In this document: positions 24,741-37,029 of the stretch, one piece after another
Layout of the letters: each line of letters begins with the position of its first letter
Numbering within the stretch: the stretch's first letter is position 1
Assembly (NCBI GenBank): GCA_047241705.1
Contig: JBKTJB010000007.1
Span: 47,332-111,331, forward strand
DNA from: Streptococcus sp.
GTDB lineage: Bacteria > Bacillota > Bacilli > Lactobacillales > Streptococcaceae
Direction of reading: 5' to 3'
DNA: 64,000 nt
Program-made: the position numbers and the translations under genes
The notes under the pieces: generated by a model
Databases searched by the model: none
What the model saw: only the letters and a program-made list of their open reading frames with translations
What the model was told of the DNA's origin: nothing

Positions 24741-25440
24741 ATGATTCCAGCTTACATTCAAATTCATGATCAGATTAAGTCTGAGATTGATCAAAAAATA
24801 TGGAAAATCGGGGAGCGTCTTCCTAGCGAACGCGATCTAGCTGAGAAATTTCAGGTGAGTCGGATGACGCTTAGGCAGGCTATTACCCTTCTGGTTGAAG
24901 AAGGAGTGCTTGAAAGACGTGTAGGAAGTGGTACCTTTATCACCAGCACGCGCGTTCAAGAAAAAATGCGGGGCACAACCAGTTTTACAGAGATTATGAA
25001 ATCGCAAGGCAAGGAACCTTCTAGCCAAGTGATTTCTTACCGGAAAACCATTCCTAGCCTCCAAGAAGTGGATAAATTGGGCATTGATAAGACAGAGACC
25101 ATCATTCGGATGGAGCGGGTCCGGTATGCCGATGGAATCCCTGTTGTTTATGAAGTGGCCTCTATTCCAGAGAAATTTATTAAGAATTTCAATCGAGAAG
25201 AGGTAACCAGCCATTTCTTCCAAACCTTGGAGCGTCATGGTTATAAGATTGGAAAGTCGCATCAGACCATCTATGCGCGATTGGCCAAGGATAAGATTGC
25301 GGACTACTTACAGATTCTCAAAAGGGCAGGCTATTTTAGGTCTGACACAGGTTTCCTATTTTGAAGATGGGACGGCGTTTGAGTATGTAAAAAGTCAGTA
25401 TGTTGGCGAGCGGTTCGAATTTTATTTGGAAAATAACTAA
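24741..25440 (+). CDS. GntR/UTRA (HutC subfamily) transcriptional regulator
   Basis: LPSERDLAEKFQVSRMTLRQA HTH followed by UTRA domain. Confidence 0.9.
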
Positions 25441-25666
25441 GCTCGCAAATCGTAAAAATAGAAAACTCTTCAAATGTGTGAGAGGCTCACTCTCTTTGGC
25501 ATTTGGGAGCTTTTTTTAGGTTGAAGTCATTCTTTCTAAATAGTGATAGTACGGTCAAAAATAAAAGATTTTAAAAAAATTTTATTTTTCTTCAATTTTG
25601 ATTTTTTTACGAATTAATAGATAGAAGCTAGTTTTAGATCTAAAAAAAGATATAAGGCAGGAAAAA

Positions 25667-26943
25667 ATGAAAAAAATTAAAATCGATGTGGTAGCTGTTC
25701 CCTTGAGTGGGCATCTGTACCCAACTTTAAATCTCGTTAAACCCTTATTAGATGATCCAACTATGGAAATCCGAGTTTTCACGGGTCCTCAGAAAAAAGC
25801 CGTCGCAGAAAGTCTCGGCTTCACAGTCGTTCCGATTCTAGAGGACAAAGTAGAAGAGTTTGAACGTGCGGCTAATAACGATAAGAAACTCAATCTCTTT
25901 TCAGCTTATCGGCAATTGTCCAAAAGTCTTGATTTGATTAATCATGTATCGGATCAATTGCTAGAGGAGTGGCGCGTCAATCGTCCAGATATTGTCATTG
26001 CTGATTTCATCACTCTATCAGCTGGCTTTGTGGCAGAACAGTTAGAAATTCCTTGGATTACCACCATGGCAACACAATTTGTAATCGAAACTCCTTATGG
26101 TCCTCCTTGCTTCTTCGGAGGGATGGGAGTCGCGCGCACGAAGAAGGAAGAGAAGATACAGGCACTATGCCGTAAACTCACGCGCATTGGAAAATACTGT
26201 GGGCTTTCCTCTTACGCAAACGCTTAAAACGTTACAATTTCAAGTTGTACAATCAAAATGGAGTGGAGACCATCTACTCTCCTTATGCCATCTTTGGAAT
26301 TGGGATGATGGAGCTAGAGTTGAAGACACACTTCCCTCATCAATATGCGTGGCTTGGCCCTTTGGGTACTTCTATTGAAAAAGCAGAAGATTATCCTTTA
26401 GATCTCATTCCTTACGAGGATAAGACGAAGGTACTCGTGACATGTGGAACCCAGTTGCCTTGGGCAAAAGAGAACTTGCTAGAACAAACCAAGCAGTTGG
26501 CCAAAGAGCATCCAGAATGTCACTTTTTCGTCACCTTAGGAGATGGAGCAAAGGAATTCTCTGAAGAAGAAGTAGCGCCAAATGTGACGGTCGTCTCTTA
26601 TCTGCCCTACAAAGAATATATTCCTCAGATGGACTATGTCATTCACCATGGAGGAGCTGGAATCTTTTATCAGTGTATCGAATTTAAAAAACCAGCCTTG
26701 ATCTTGCCACATGATTATGACCAATTTGACTATGCGATTCGAGGAGTAGAAGCAGGAATTGCTTTTCAAGCTCATCGCAATCGCACCGAAGAGATTCAAG
26801 CAGGTTTCAATGCCCTATTAGAAAAAGAATCTTGGGAAAAGTTAGAGAGACTAAACAAACTTTCAAAAACCTACAAGCCATTGGATACCTTGGAGTTTGA
26901 GATTCAACGATTATTAAGACGTGGAACGGATGGGAAACTATGA
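25667..26943 (+). CDS. GT1-family (MGT/UDPGT-like) glycosyltransferase, frameshifted
   Basis: PLSGHLYP, IHHGGAG and PHDYDQ motifs. Confidence 0.85.
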
Positions 26944-27916
26944 AAATTCTTGTAACAGGTGCGACTGGCTTCCTTGGAAAATATGTGATCGATGAGTTGT
27001 TGGCTCACGATTATTCCATTGTAGCCTTTGGCCGAAACGAAAAAATTGGGAAGTCTCTGGAAGGTGAGCGCGTCCAATTTATCAAAGGGGATTTGAGCTC
27101 TATTGAGGAATTAAGACAAGCCTTTCAGTCTGTTGATGCTGTGGTTCACGCTGGAGCTTTATCCACTGCCTGGGGACCTTGGAAGGCCTTCTATCAGGCG
27201 AATGTAGTTGGTACTCAAAATGTCCTTGACTTGTGCCGTGAATATGCGGTAAAACGCTTGGTTTACGTATCTTCTCCCAGTATTTACGCAGCTGGAAAAG
27301 ACCAATTAAACATCAAGGAAAGCGATGCTCCAAAAGAAAATCACCTCAACAATTACATTCGAAGCAAATTGGCTTCTGAAAAACTTTTTCTGACTATCCA
27401 GATGTGCCAAGTATGATCTTGCGTCCTAGAGGATTATTTGGCGTGGGGGATACCAGTATCTTGCCTCGTGTCTTACGCCTCAGTCGAAAAATTGGAATTC
27501 CTTTGATTCGAGGAGGAGAGCAGCTCATGGATATGACCTGTGTGGAAAATGTTGCCCTAGCCATTCGCTTGGCTCTAGAAGCCAAAGAAGCACACGGACA
27601 GGTTTATAATATTACAAATGGGGAACCAAAGACCTTTAAGTATTTGATCGAAACAACACTAAAGGGATTGGGAGAGCCGATTCGCTATCGGAAAATTCCG
27701 GAAGGTCTAGTAGCAGGTGCGGCTTATAGCCTTGAAGGAGTATATCGATTATTCCATCTGAAAGCTGAGCCTCCTTTGACTCGCTACACCTATTATCTCC
27801 TTCGATATAGCCAAACCCTCGATATTCAAAAGGCCCAAACAGAACTTGGCTACTATCCAAAAATGACCATTGAAGAAGGGATTGACAACTATGTCCAACA
27901 TGATCAAGCGCATTGA
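26940..27916 (+). CDS. NAD-dependent epimerase/dehydratase (3-beta-HSD-like extended SDR)
   Basis: TGATGFLG, YVSSPS and YxxSK motifs. Confidence 0.88.
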
Positions 27917-28718
27917 TTATTTCCCAGCAGGCTATTGTAGTAGTCATTCTGGTCTCTTATTTAAAGAGATTCCGAATGAAAAAATGCAATTTCCAGCAGG
28001 TGTCTTTTTGATTCATCACCGTGAAAAAGGCTATATTTTGTACGATACCGGCTATCACTACGAGATTAAGAAAAAGCTCGGTATTTCTGGTACCGTCTAG
28101 CCACCCCAATGCAGATGAAAAAAGAAGACCAGATCGATTATTTATTGCAAGAGCGTGGAATTGATCCGGCAGAAATTACTTATGTGATTCTTTCGCATTT
28201 GCACCCGGATCATCTCGGTGGAGCAGCCCTTTTTCCAAATGCTCATTTCTTTGTTACCCAGGAAGTCTATGAGGTGTACCAAAAACCTAAATTTAAAGAT
28301 CTGATTTTTAAAGAGTTTTTGCCAGCTGATTTCAAAGATCGGGTGACTTGTCTTAAAGCAGATCAAAGGCATCCTGCTTTCCCCTATCGCCCGACTGCGG
28401 ATCTTTTTGGAGATGGGAGCATCCTTGTTTCGTCCATCGATGGACATGCGAGAGGGCAAGGTTGTCTTTATCTGGATGAGTTCAAACTCTTCATCGGAGC
28501 AGACCTTTCTTGGGGAGTAGACCTCTTGCCTTACACAGGGCAAATGCGTCTCATCCCCTCCTTGGTTCAGGATAATAAGAAGGCTTATCTTAAAGGGAGC
28601 TGAGTTGCTGGAAACACTCTTGCAAGATGGCATTCAAGTTGTGGTCAGCCACGACCCGCAAGAACGGATTGAAAGGATTTTAAATGAAAAAAACAGTCTT
28701 TCTGAAAACCTTTATTGA
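27891..28718 (+). CDS. Metallo-beta-lactamase fold hydrolase, frameshifted
   Basis: LYDTG, SHLHPDHLGG and GH motifs. Confidence 0.85.
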
Positions 28719-29948
28719 AACCAGATGGTGCCACCGATTCCGTTCAAAAGAGGCCTTGAAGCGATATCAATATAAGCAATTGGCGCGCTACCATGCTTTT
28801 ATCACTTCTCAGTCTCCCTATTTTCAAACCCATTCTCCCGAATCCTTTGGAACCATGGATAAATCGTTTATGATGACACATTTCAATGAACTCAATACCC
28901 TAGGGGTGGATCGAGATCAGGCTTTAGAGATGGCGATTCGCGGAGAACAGACGCGAGATTTTACTGAGATGAATGGAGAAGTAGCAGTAGGCTTGTCTTC
29001 TGGGACTTCAGGCCACCGAGGAGTTTTTGTCACCACAGAAAAAGAGAGAAGTATGTGGGCTGCAGCGATCTTAGCCAAGATGCTTCCGAAAGGAAAACTA
29101 TTTGGTCATCGCATTGCCTTTTTCTTACGAGCGGACAATGAACTTTATCAAACCATTAACTCAGGCCTTATCCGCTTGGAATATTTTGATATTTTCAAGG
29201 ATAGCAAGGAGCATTTAGAGCGTCTCAAAGACTATCAACCAACTATTGTGGTCGCACCAGCTTCAACCTTGATTGAGTTAGCCAACTATGTCAGCAATCA
29301 GCAACTTGCGATCCAACCCGTCAAGGTTGTCTCTGTCGCAGAAATCCTAGAGGAACGAGATGCTGAGACAATCGCCAAAGCCTTTCAACTAGACACGGTT
29401 GATCAGGTCTACCAAGCGACAGAGGGATTTTTAGCTTGTACCTGTTCAGAAGGCAATCTACATCTTAACGAAGATATTTTGTATGTCGAAAAAGAGTATC
29501 TTGATGATAGCCGCTTTTATCCGATTATTACGGATTTCAAACGAACCAGTCAACCGATCTATCGCTACCGCCTCAATGATATTTTGGTAGAAGAAAAATC
29601 TCCTTGCCCTTGTGGTTCCGTCTTTACTCGAATCGCAAAGATCGAAGGACGATCAGATGATATCTTCTATTTCAAAAAGAAGATGGCAGTAGCCAGATGA
29701 TCTATCCGGATTTTATTCGACGGTGTATTCTCTTTGTCGAAAATATTCAGGACTATCAAGTAACTCAGTTGGCAGATAGATCCATTACCATTGCCTTGAG
29801 TCACCGGACAGAGTCTATTGAGCAAGCGATTTTTGCTCAATTCGAACTCTTAGCTCAGCAAAAACAATTCATTCTTCCAAGTATTCAATTTATCGATTAC
29901 CAATGGGACCCAACACGTAAATTAAAACGTGTTCAACGACTTCAATAA
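28684..29948 (+). CDS. F390 synthetase-related / PaaK-like adenylate-forming enzyme
   Basis: SSGTSG, YQATEG, YRYRLNDI and IEGRSDD motifs. Confidence 0.85.
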
Positions 29949-29960
29949 AAGGAGAATCCT

Positions 29961-30904
29961 ATGACTACTGTAAAAGACATTTGCAAATTAAAGGCTATGG
30001 AACAGCGCTTCCAGCTCATACAGTTTCTTTCAAAGACCAGACTCGTTACCGCGTGAAAGAAGGAGAAGAAACACAGATTGATCTTGCAGCCCGTGCGATC
30101 GAAGCCGCTTTAAACCATGCGGGTCTTGAAATGGCAGACATCGACTGCCTGGTTTCGGCTAGTGCAGTTGGTGTTCAGCCCATCCCTTGTACAGCTGCTT
30201 TGATCCATGAGCGCGTGGCCAAGGGACTGACGATTCCTGCCATGGATATCAATACTACCTGTACCAGTTTTGTATCAGCCTTAAGCACCATTTCTTATCT
30301 GATTGAAGGTGGAGAATACCAACGGGTGCTGATTGTATCCAGTGAAGTAGGAAGCCTAGGGCTTAATCCCAAACAAAAGAAAGCTTTGAACTGTTTAGCG
30401 ATGGAGCTGCAGCCTTTATTTTTGAAGCAACAAAAGAAGATAAAGGAATCATTGCTAGCATGCAACGTACCTGGTCAGAGGGAGCCCATGACACCGAAAT
30501 TCGTGGTGGTTTGACAGCGTATCATCCGAAATTGTACTCTGACTCAACCAAAGACCGATTTCATGTTTGACATGAAAGGGAAGAAAATCCTTTTGCTTTC
30601 TGCCCGTGTTATTCCAGAAATGTTCCAAGAATTCGAAGAGAAATCAGGCGTTTCTAAAGATGCTGTAGACTATATTATTCCCCACCAAGCAAGTCGCGCC
30701 TTACCACTCGTCATGGACAAATTGGGCGTTGGCAAAGACAAGTACCTCAATATTGTCAGTGATTATGGAAATATGGTTTCGGTAGCCGTTCCTTTCGGCC
30801 TAGCCTATGCACTGGATCATGGCTATGTGAAGGAAGGAGATACCATCTTCTTGATGGGAACTGCAGCAGGGATGACGGTCAATATGTTGGCACTGAAACT
30901 CTGA
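29961..30904 (+). CDS. 3-oxoacyl-ACP synthase III-like (FabH-like) condensing enzyme, frameshifted
   Basis: Cys-His-Asn triad in NTTCTSF, IPHQAS and YGNMVS. Confidence 0.85.
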
Positions 30905-30984
30905 TGATGAATCCTCTCATTTCAAGCTCAAAAAGCTTCAAGTCCCGCTAGTCTTTAGCGGGCTTTTTTGATATAATGAAAGGT

Positions 30985-31318
30985 ATGGAAATTGAGAAAA
31001 CCAACCGAATGAATGCGCTCTTTGAGTTTTATGCGGCGCTCTTGACGGACAAGCAGATGAACTACATCGAGCTCTACTACGCAGATGACTACAGCTTGGC
31101 TGAGATTGCAGAAGAGTTTGGAGTGAGCCGTCAAGCGGTCTATGACAATATTAAACGTACAGAAAAGATTTTGGAAGACTACGAAATGAAACTCCATATG
31201 TATTCCGATTACATTGTTCGTAGTCAGATTTTGGATCAGATTTCTGAAAAATACCCTGAAGATCCTTTTCTACAGGAACAAATTTCTGTACTTATCCAGT
31301 ATCGATAATCGAGACTAA
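30985..31318 (+). CDS. ylxM: SRP-associated protein YlxM
   Basis: [25 protein letters not shown]; upstream of ffh. Confidence 0.9.
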
Positions 31319-31353
31319 TGATTAAATACAAAGACAGAACTAGGAGAAAGAGT

Positions 31354-32927
31354 ATGGCATTTGAAAGTTTAACCGAACGTTTACAAAACGTCTTTAAAAA
31401 TCTTCGTAAGAAAGGGAAAATCTCTGAAGCGGATGTCCAAGAGGCAACCAAAGAGATTCGTCTAGCCCTCTTAGAGGCCGACGTTGCCCTTCCTGTTGTA
31501 AAAGACTTCATCAAACGGGTCCGCGAGCGGGCTGTAGGTCATGAAGTCATCGAAACCTTGAACCCTGCCCAACAAATCGTGAAGATTGTCGATGAAGAAT
31601 TGACAGCGATTTTGGGTTCAGAAACAGCAGAAATTATCAAATCACCTAAGATTCCAACCATTATCATGATGGTCGGTCTTCAAGGGGCTGGTAAAACAAC
31701 CTTTGCGGGTAAATTGGCCAACAAATTGGTCAAGGAAGAGAATGCACGTCCTTTGATGATTGCGGCCGATATCTATCGTCCAGCGAGCCATCGACCAGTT
31801 GAAGACTCTTGGTCAACAGATCAATGTCCCTGTCTTCTCACTTGGTACAGAAGTCCCTGCAGTAGAGATCGTTCGTCAAGGTTTGGAGCAAGCAAGAGCC
31901 AACCACAATGACTATGTCTTTATCGATACGGCTGGTCGTCTGCAAATCGATGAAAAACTCATGGGCGAATTGCGCGACGTCAAAGCACCTTGCCGAGCCA
32001 AATGAAATCCTCTTGGTTGTCGATGCCATGATTGGTCAAGAAGCGGCCAATGTGGCGCGTGAGTTTAACGAACAACTCGAAGTGACCGGGGTCATCTTGA
32101 CCAAGATCGATGGGGATACCCGTGGTGGTGCGGCCCTTTCTGTTCGTCAGATTACTGGGAAGCCAATCAAGTTCACTGGTACTGGTGAAAAAATCACTGA
32201 TATCGAAACCTTCCACCCGGACCGTATGTCTGGTCGGATCCTCGGTATGGGGGATATGCTGACGCTGATCGAGAAGGCTTCTCAAGAATACGATGAGAAA
32301 CGCTCTCTTGAACTCGCTGAGAAGATGCGGGAAAATACCTTTGACTTCAACGATTTCATCGATCAGTTAGACCAGGTTCAAAATATGGGACCAATGGAAG
32401 ACCTGCTCAAGATGCTTCCAGGGATGGCCAATAACCCTGCCATGAAGAACCTCAAGGTCGATGAACGAGAAATTGCTCGCAAACGTGCGATCGTATCATC
32501 CATGACCCCAGCTGAACGCGAAAATCCAGATTTATTAAATCCAAGCCGTCGTCGTCGGATTGCTGCTGGATCAGGAAACAGCTTTGTCGAAGTCAACAAA
32601 TTCATCAAAGACTTTAACCAAGCCAAGCAGATGATGCAAGGCGTCCTCTCTGGCGACATGAACAAGATGATGAAACAAATGGGCCTCAATCCAAATAACA
32701 TGCCGAAAAACATGCCTGGTGGAATGCCGGATATGTCTGCCCTCGAAGGCATGATGGGACAAGGTGGCATGCCTGACTTGTCAGCTCTTGGCGGAGGCGC
32801 TGGAATGCCTGATATGAGCCAAATGTTTGGTGGCGGTCTCAAAGGAAAAGCCGGTGAATTTATGATGAAACGGGCGATGAACAAGATGGCCAAACAAATG
32901 CGCAAAAATAAGAAAAAACGGAAATAA
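31354..32927 (+). CDS. ffh: Signal recognition particle protein Ffh, frameshifted
   Basis: GLQGAGKTT, DTAGR, TKIDGDTRGG and Met-rich M domain. Confidence 0.96.
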
Positions 32928-32993
32928 TCGTTTCTAATAAGGGCCTGGAACACACTGTTCTGGGTTCTTTTAGAAACTACTACTAGAGGAATC

Positions 32994-33762
32994 ATGTTAA
33001 AAAAACTATTTCAACAAGTCATTCGTTTCTTTGCAAGATTGTTTTCTTCGCACAGCAAGCCCTTTGAATTCCCAAAAGGATCGAAGAAACCAGCGATCAG
33101 ACCGATCATCTTTGTACCTGGAAGTTCAGCTAGTATCCAGCGATTCAATGGAACCATCCGTATGCTCCATCGCTTTTCTAGAAAAAAAGCAAAGTCTCTT
33201 AAAAATAAAGGTCAATAAAGATGATTCTATAGAGATGGAAGGAAGACTGAATACGAAAGAGCCGAATCCAATAATTGTGATTGGCTTTGAGAATAATCGT
33301 GATGGCTACAGCAATATCAAGCAGCAAATCGAATCTCTTAAGACCGCTCTTACCTACCTTCTTGATCACTATCATTTTACAGAGTTCAAGGCTGTCGGTC
33401 ATTCCAATGGAGGATTGGTTTTGACTGGTTTACTGGAAAGTGGCTTTTTAGAAAAGAAAAGCTGACCGTAAGAAAGCTCGTTATTATTGGCAGTCCTTAC
33501 CAATTCAATCAAGAAATGTTTGACGATTTTCAAAAATGGAAGCATCGCCTAGGAAAAGAAGTAGAGGTCCTTAACTTTGTTGGTAGCTTTGCTGGAAAAT
33601 CAGATGGCATCGTTCCCCTCTCTAGTGCCCAAGCAGACACAATCTATTTTTGAGAAACAAGCCTATACAGAAGTGAATTTAAACGGTCGCAAGGCTCATC
33701 ATTCAGCTTTACCCACTAATCCAGATCTAGTAAAACAATTAAGTCTATTTTTGAATCTATAA
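32994..33762 (+). CDS. Alpha/beta hydrolase (DUF915-like), frameshifted
   Basis: PIIFVPGS, VGHSNGG and HHSALP motifs. Confidence 0.75.
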
Positions 33763-33764
33763 TT

Positions 33765-33792
33765 TAATTACATAATTTCGGTTATGTAATTT
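33765..33792. other. 11-6-11 palindrome TAATTACATAA-TTTCGG-TTATGTAATTT (XerD-arm-like)
   Basis: Inverted TTACATAA/TTATGTAA arms with 6-bp spacer; same design as 36117-36144. Confidence 0.55.
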
Positions 33793-33834
33793 TTATTTGT
33801 CTCTTGCAATCCTTAAGTAAATATGGTACATTTT

Positions 33835-33848
33835 TGGTAGCGATTACA
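33835..33848 (+). promoter_or_regulatory. cre (CcpA) site downstream of TTGCAA-N17-TACATT promoter
   Basis: TGGTAGCGATTACA. Confidence 0.55.
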
Positions 33849-33867
33849 CATACTTAAGGAGGATTTT

Positions 33868-34852
33868 ATGAAAAATCCCAAATTATTAGAAACAATGAAA
33901 GATTACAAGGGACGGGATGAGGTTCCCGCAGATTTTGATGCTTTTTGGGATCAAGCCCTAGCAAAGATGACTGAACTGCCTGAATACAAGCTTAAAAAAC
34001 AAGATTTCAGCATTCCAAATGTGATTTGTTATGAATTAACCTTTAAAGGAACACGAGATGGGCTTGTTTATGCGCGGGTTGTTTTCCCAAAAACGGATCA
34101 AAAAGTTCCCGTTATTTTCCATTTTCATGGTTATATGGGCCGTTGTTGGGATTGGGCTGATATGCTGGCTTATACAGTAGCCGGTTATGGTGTTGTATCT
34201 ATGGACGTAAGAGGGTCAGTCAGGCTATTCAACAGACGGAGATCGTTCACCACTTGGTAATACGGTAAAAGGACAGATTATCCGCGGAGCCGTGGAAGGG
34301 CCGGAAGAGCTCTTTTATAAGGATGTCTACTTAGATCTTTACCAGTTAATTGAAATTGTAGCCAGCCTTCCTCAAGTAGACGACAGTAAACTTGCCAGCT
34401 ACGGAGCCTCTCAAGGTGGTGCCCTGGCCCTGATTGCTGCTGGATTAAATCCCCGAATCCAACGAACAGTCGCCATTTATCCATTCTTATCGGATTTCAG
34501 ACGGGTATTAGAGATCGGAAATACCAGTGAGGCCTATGACGAGCTTTTCCGTTATTTCAAGTTCCATGATCCATTCCATGAAACGGAAGATCGTTTGATG
34601 CAGACTTTGGCCTATATTGATGTGAAAAATTTTGCCCATCGTATCAAAGGACAGGTTCACATGATTACAGGTCTAGATGATGATGTCTGTTATCCTGAAA
34701 CGCAGTTTGCCATTTATAATCGATTAGAAGGTCCAAAAGAGCATTTAATCATGCCAGAATATGCCCACGAAGCTATGAATGTTCAAGTCAATGATCGAGT
34801 CTATAATTGGCTCTGTGGTAGCAAGATTCCATTTCGATATGTAGAAAAATAA
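33868..34852 (+). CDS. Acetylxylan esterase / cephalosporin-C deacetylase (CE7), frameshifted
   Basis: PADFDAFW, FHGY, DVRG and GASQGG motifs. Confidence 0.88.
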
Positions 34853-34963
34853 GTTAGAAAAGAAAAACAATCAGTAAATCCATGAGATTTGCTGATTGTT
34901 TTGTGTTTAAAAGGGATCTAGTATAGAAAGGGATACAAAACAGTCCTATATAACCCCTATAAC

Positions 34964-34994
34964 ATCTTTCCGAAAAACTATAATTTTCTTGAAA
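34964..34994 (+). other. difSL chromosome dimer resolution site
   Basis: ATCTTTCCGAAAAACTATAATTTTCTTGAAA matches the 31-bp streptococcal/lactococcal difSL; immediately upstream of xerS. Confidence 0.93.
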
Positions 34995-35045
34995 AATATA
35001 TCTAGCTATGCTATACTACTAGTATAGAAAGATTTGGAGAAAAAC

Positions 35046-36117
35046 ATGAAACGCGAGATCTTATTAGAACGGATTGATAAACTCAAACAAGTCATGCCCT
35101 GGTATGTATTGGAATATTATCAATCAAAATTGGCTGTTCCCTACAGTTTTACAACCTTGTACGAATACTTAAAGGAATACGATCGATTTTTCACCTGGGT
35201 CTTGGAATCTGGTATATCAGATGCTGACACCATGGCCGAGATCCCCTTAGACGTTCTGGAGCACATGACCAAGAAAGACATGGAATCCTTTATTCTTTAC
35301 TTACGTGAACGCCCTCTGCTCAATGCCAATACAACAAAAAACGGGGTTTCTCAAACAACCATTAACCGTACCCTTTCTGCACTATCTAGTCTCTATAAGT
35401 ATTTGACCGAGGAAGTTGAAAACGAGCAAGGCGAACCTTATTTCTACCGAAACGTTATGAAGAAGGTTGCTACCAAGAAAAAGAAAGAAACCTTGGCGGC
35501 TCGTAGCTGAAAATATCAAACAAAAGCTCTTTTTAGGGGATGAAACTGAGGGATTTTTGAATTATATCGATGAGGAATACCCTAAAACACTCTCAAATCG
35601 CGCCTTATCTTCCTTTAATAAGAATAAAGAGCGAGATTTAGCCATTATCGCACTCCTTCTTGCATCTGGTGTCCGTTTATCTGAGGCAGTCAACTTGGAC
35701 CTTCGTGACCTCAATCTTAAGATGATGGTGATTGATGTTACTCGAAAAGGTGGGAAACGTGACTCAGTCAATGTTGCTGCCTTTGCTAAGCCTTATCTGG
35801 AGCAATATCTTGCTATTCGAGACAAACGTTACAAGACTGAAAAGACTGATACAGCCCTCTTTCTGACCTTGTATCGAGGTGTTCCAAACCGAATTGATGC
35901 TTCTAGCGTTGAAAAGATGGTCGCCAAGTATTCAGAAGACTTCAAAGTCCGCGTGACACCCCATAAACTTCGCCATACATTAGCAACCCGTCTCTATGAT
36001 GCAACCAAATCACAGGTTTTGGTCAGCCACCAGCTGGGACATGCTAGCACACAAGTTACAGACTTGTATACGCATATCGTTAATGATGAGCAGAAAAATG
36101 CTTTGGATAGTTTGTGA
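35046..36117 (+). CDS. xerS: Tyrosine recombinase XerS (one frameshift near 35500)
   Basis: [10 protein letters not shown] start; SGVRLSE, HKLRH, LGH and catalytic Y (TDLYTH). Confidence 0.95.
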
Positions 36118-36144
36118 TATTACATAACGTAAATTATGTAATAT
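36117..36144. other. Perfect 11-6-11 palindrome ATATTACATAA-CGTAAA-TTATGTAATAT (XerD-arm-like)
   Basis: Directly after the xerS stop codon and separate from the terminator at 36154-36195. Confidence 0.6.
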
Positions 36145-36153
36145 ATTAGTTTT

Positions 36154-36195
36154 AAAAAGAGCGATAGATTTTTTGAATGTCTACCGCTCTTTTAT
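36154..36195. terminator. Bidirectional terminator between convergent genes
   Basis: aaaaagagcgataga...tctaccgctctttt. Confidence 0.65.
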
Positions 36196-36200
36196 ACCTT

Positions 36201-36843
36201 CTATAAAAATTCGATCCAATAATTACGGTGTGGCTCAATAATGACTGGTTTTCCCCAAAATGATTTTAGATAAGCCAGGTTTGCAGGAGTGACAGGTCTT
36301 TTCTCACCATTGTACTTCTCTGCACTTTCTTTAGTTAAAAAGCATTTAACAGCTTCATATGGTGTACCATCGCTCGCTATTCGATCAATTCCTAAATAAG
36401 CAATCTCATCACCGGCTTTTGGAAAATCTGTAATTAGTTTACCAATAAAATAAACCGTCTTATTTTTCATTAATTCATAAAGCTTTACTATTTTCCAATC
36501 TGTTATTCGCTGCAGCGTACATAATACAAAAGCTATCCACGATATCTTTCAAAAGCATTAATTCTTCTTTGCTGACTATAATTTCGTCGGGAGCAAGTCC
36601 ACCAATGATTAAATTTTGATAATGAGGTTGCTGGATGATATTATCTAAAGCCATTCCTAATGGTAGTTGGACAGCTTGATAACCTAATGGTTCTAACTCC
36701 TGCTTTTTCTGGTCAAGGTGTTCTTGTGTAATACTGACATTTAAATCGTAAGGACTGGAAGGTTGTTGTTTGCTAAAAAAAGCCACTACTATACGATCTA
36801 ACTGTTCAAATAGACCAAGATTTTCAACTGGAATTTTCATCAT
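36201..36843 (-). CDS. Hypothetical protein (two ORF pieces, probably one gene)
   Basis: Adjacent 122 aa and 89 aa ORFs; GGGGA RBS. Confidence 0.6.
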
Positions 36844-37029
36844 CGAATATAATCCCCTTTTGTGTTCAGATTTCCTCTATATTCTACTCTCATTATTTTT
36901 GAATATCAAGAAAAGAGGCCGTATCATGAACTAACTTTTGATGACAAATCTTAAAAATTTTTGTTTGAATGAATCTTTCTTAATCAGCCTATACCTCCTG
37001 AATAGCTATAAAAGATAATCTAGAAAATC

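Noticed and set aside
27891..28718. Beta-lactam resistance gene
   Set aside because: MBL fold only; no signal peptide, and it is embedded in a biosynthetic operon.
32690..32835. Repeated GGMPD(M/L)S units
   Set aside because: This is the ordinary Met/Gly-rich C-terminal region of streptococcal Ffh.
32378..32995. 205-aa minus-strand ORF and other antisense ORFs in the track
   Set aside because: They are shadows of real genes (here the low-complexity Met/Gly-rich Ffh tail) with no recognisable motifs.
35046..36117. Phage or ICE integrase
   Set aside because: Sequence and the adjacent difSL identify it as chromosomal XerS; no phage or conjugation genes are nearby.
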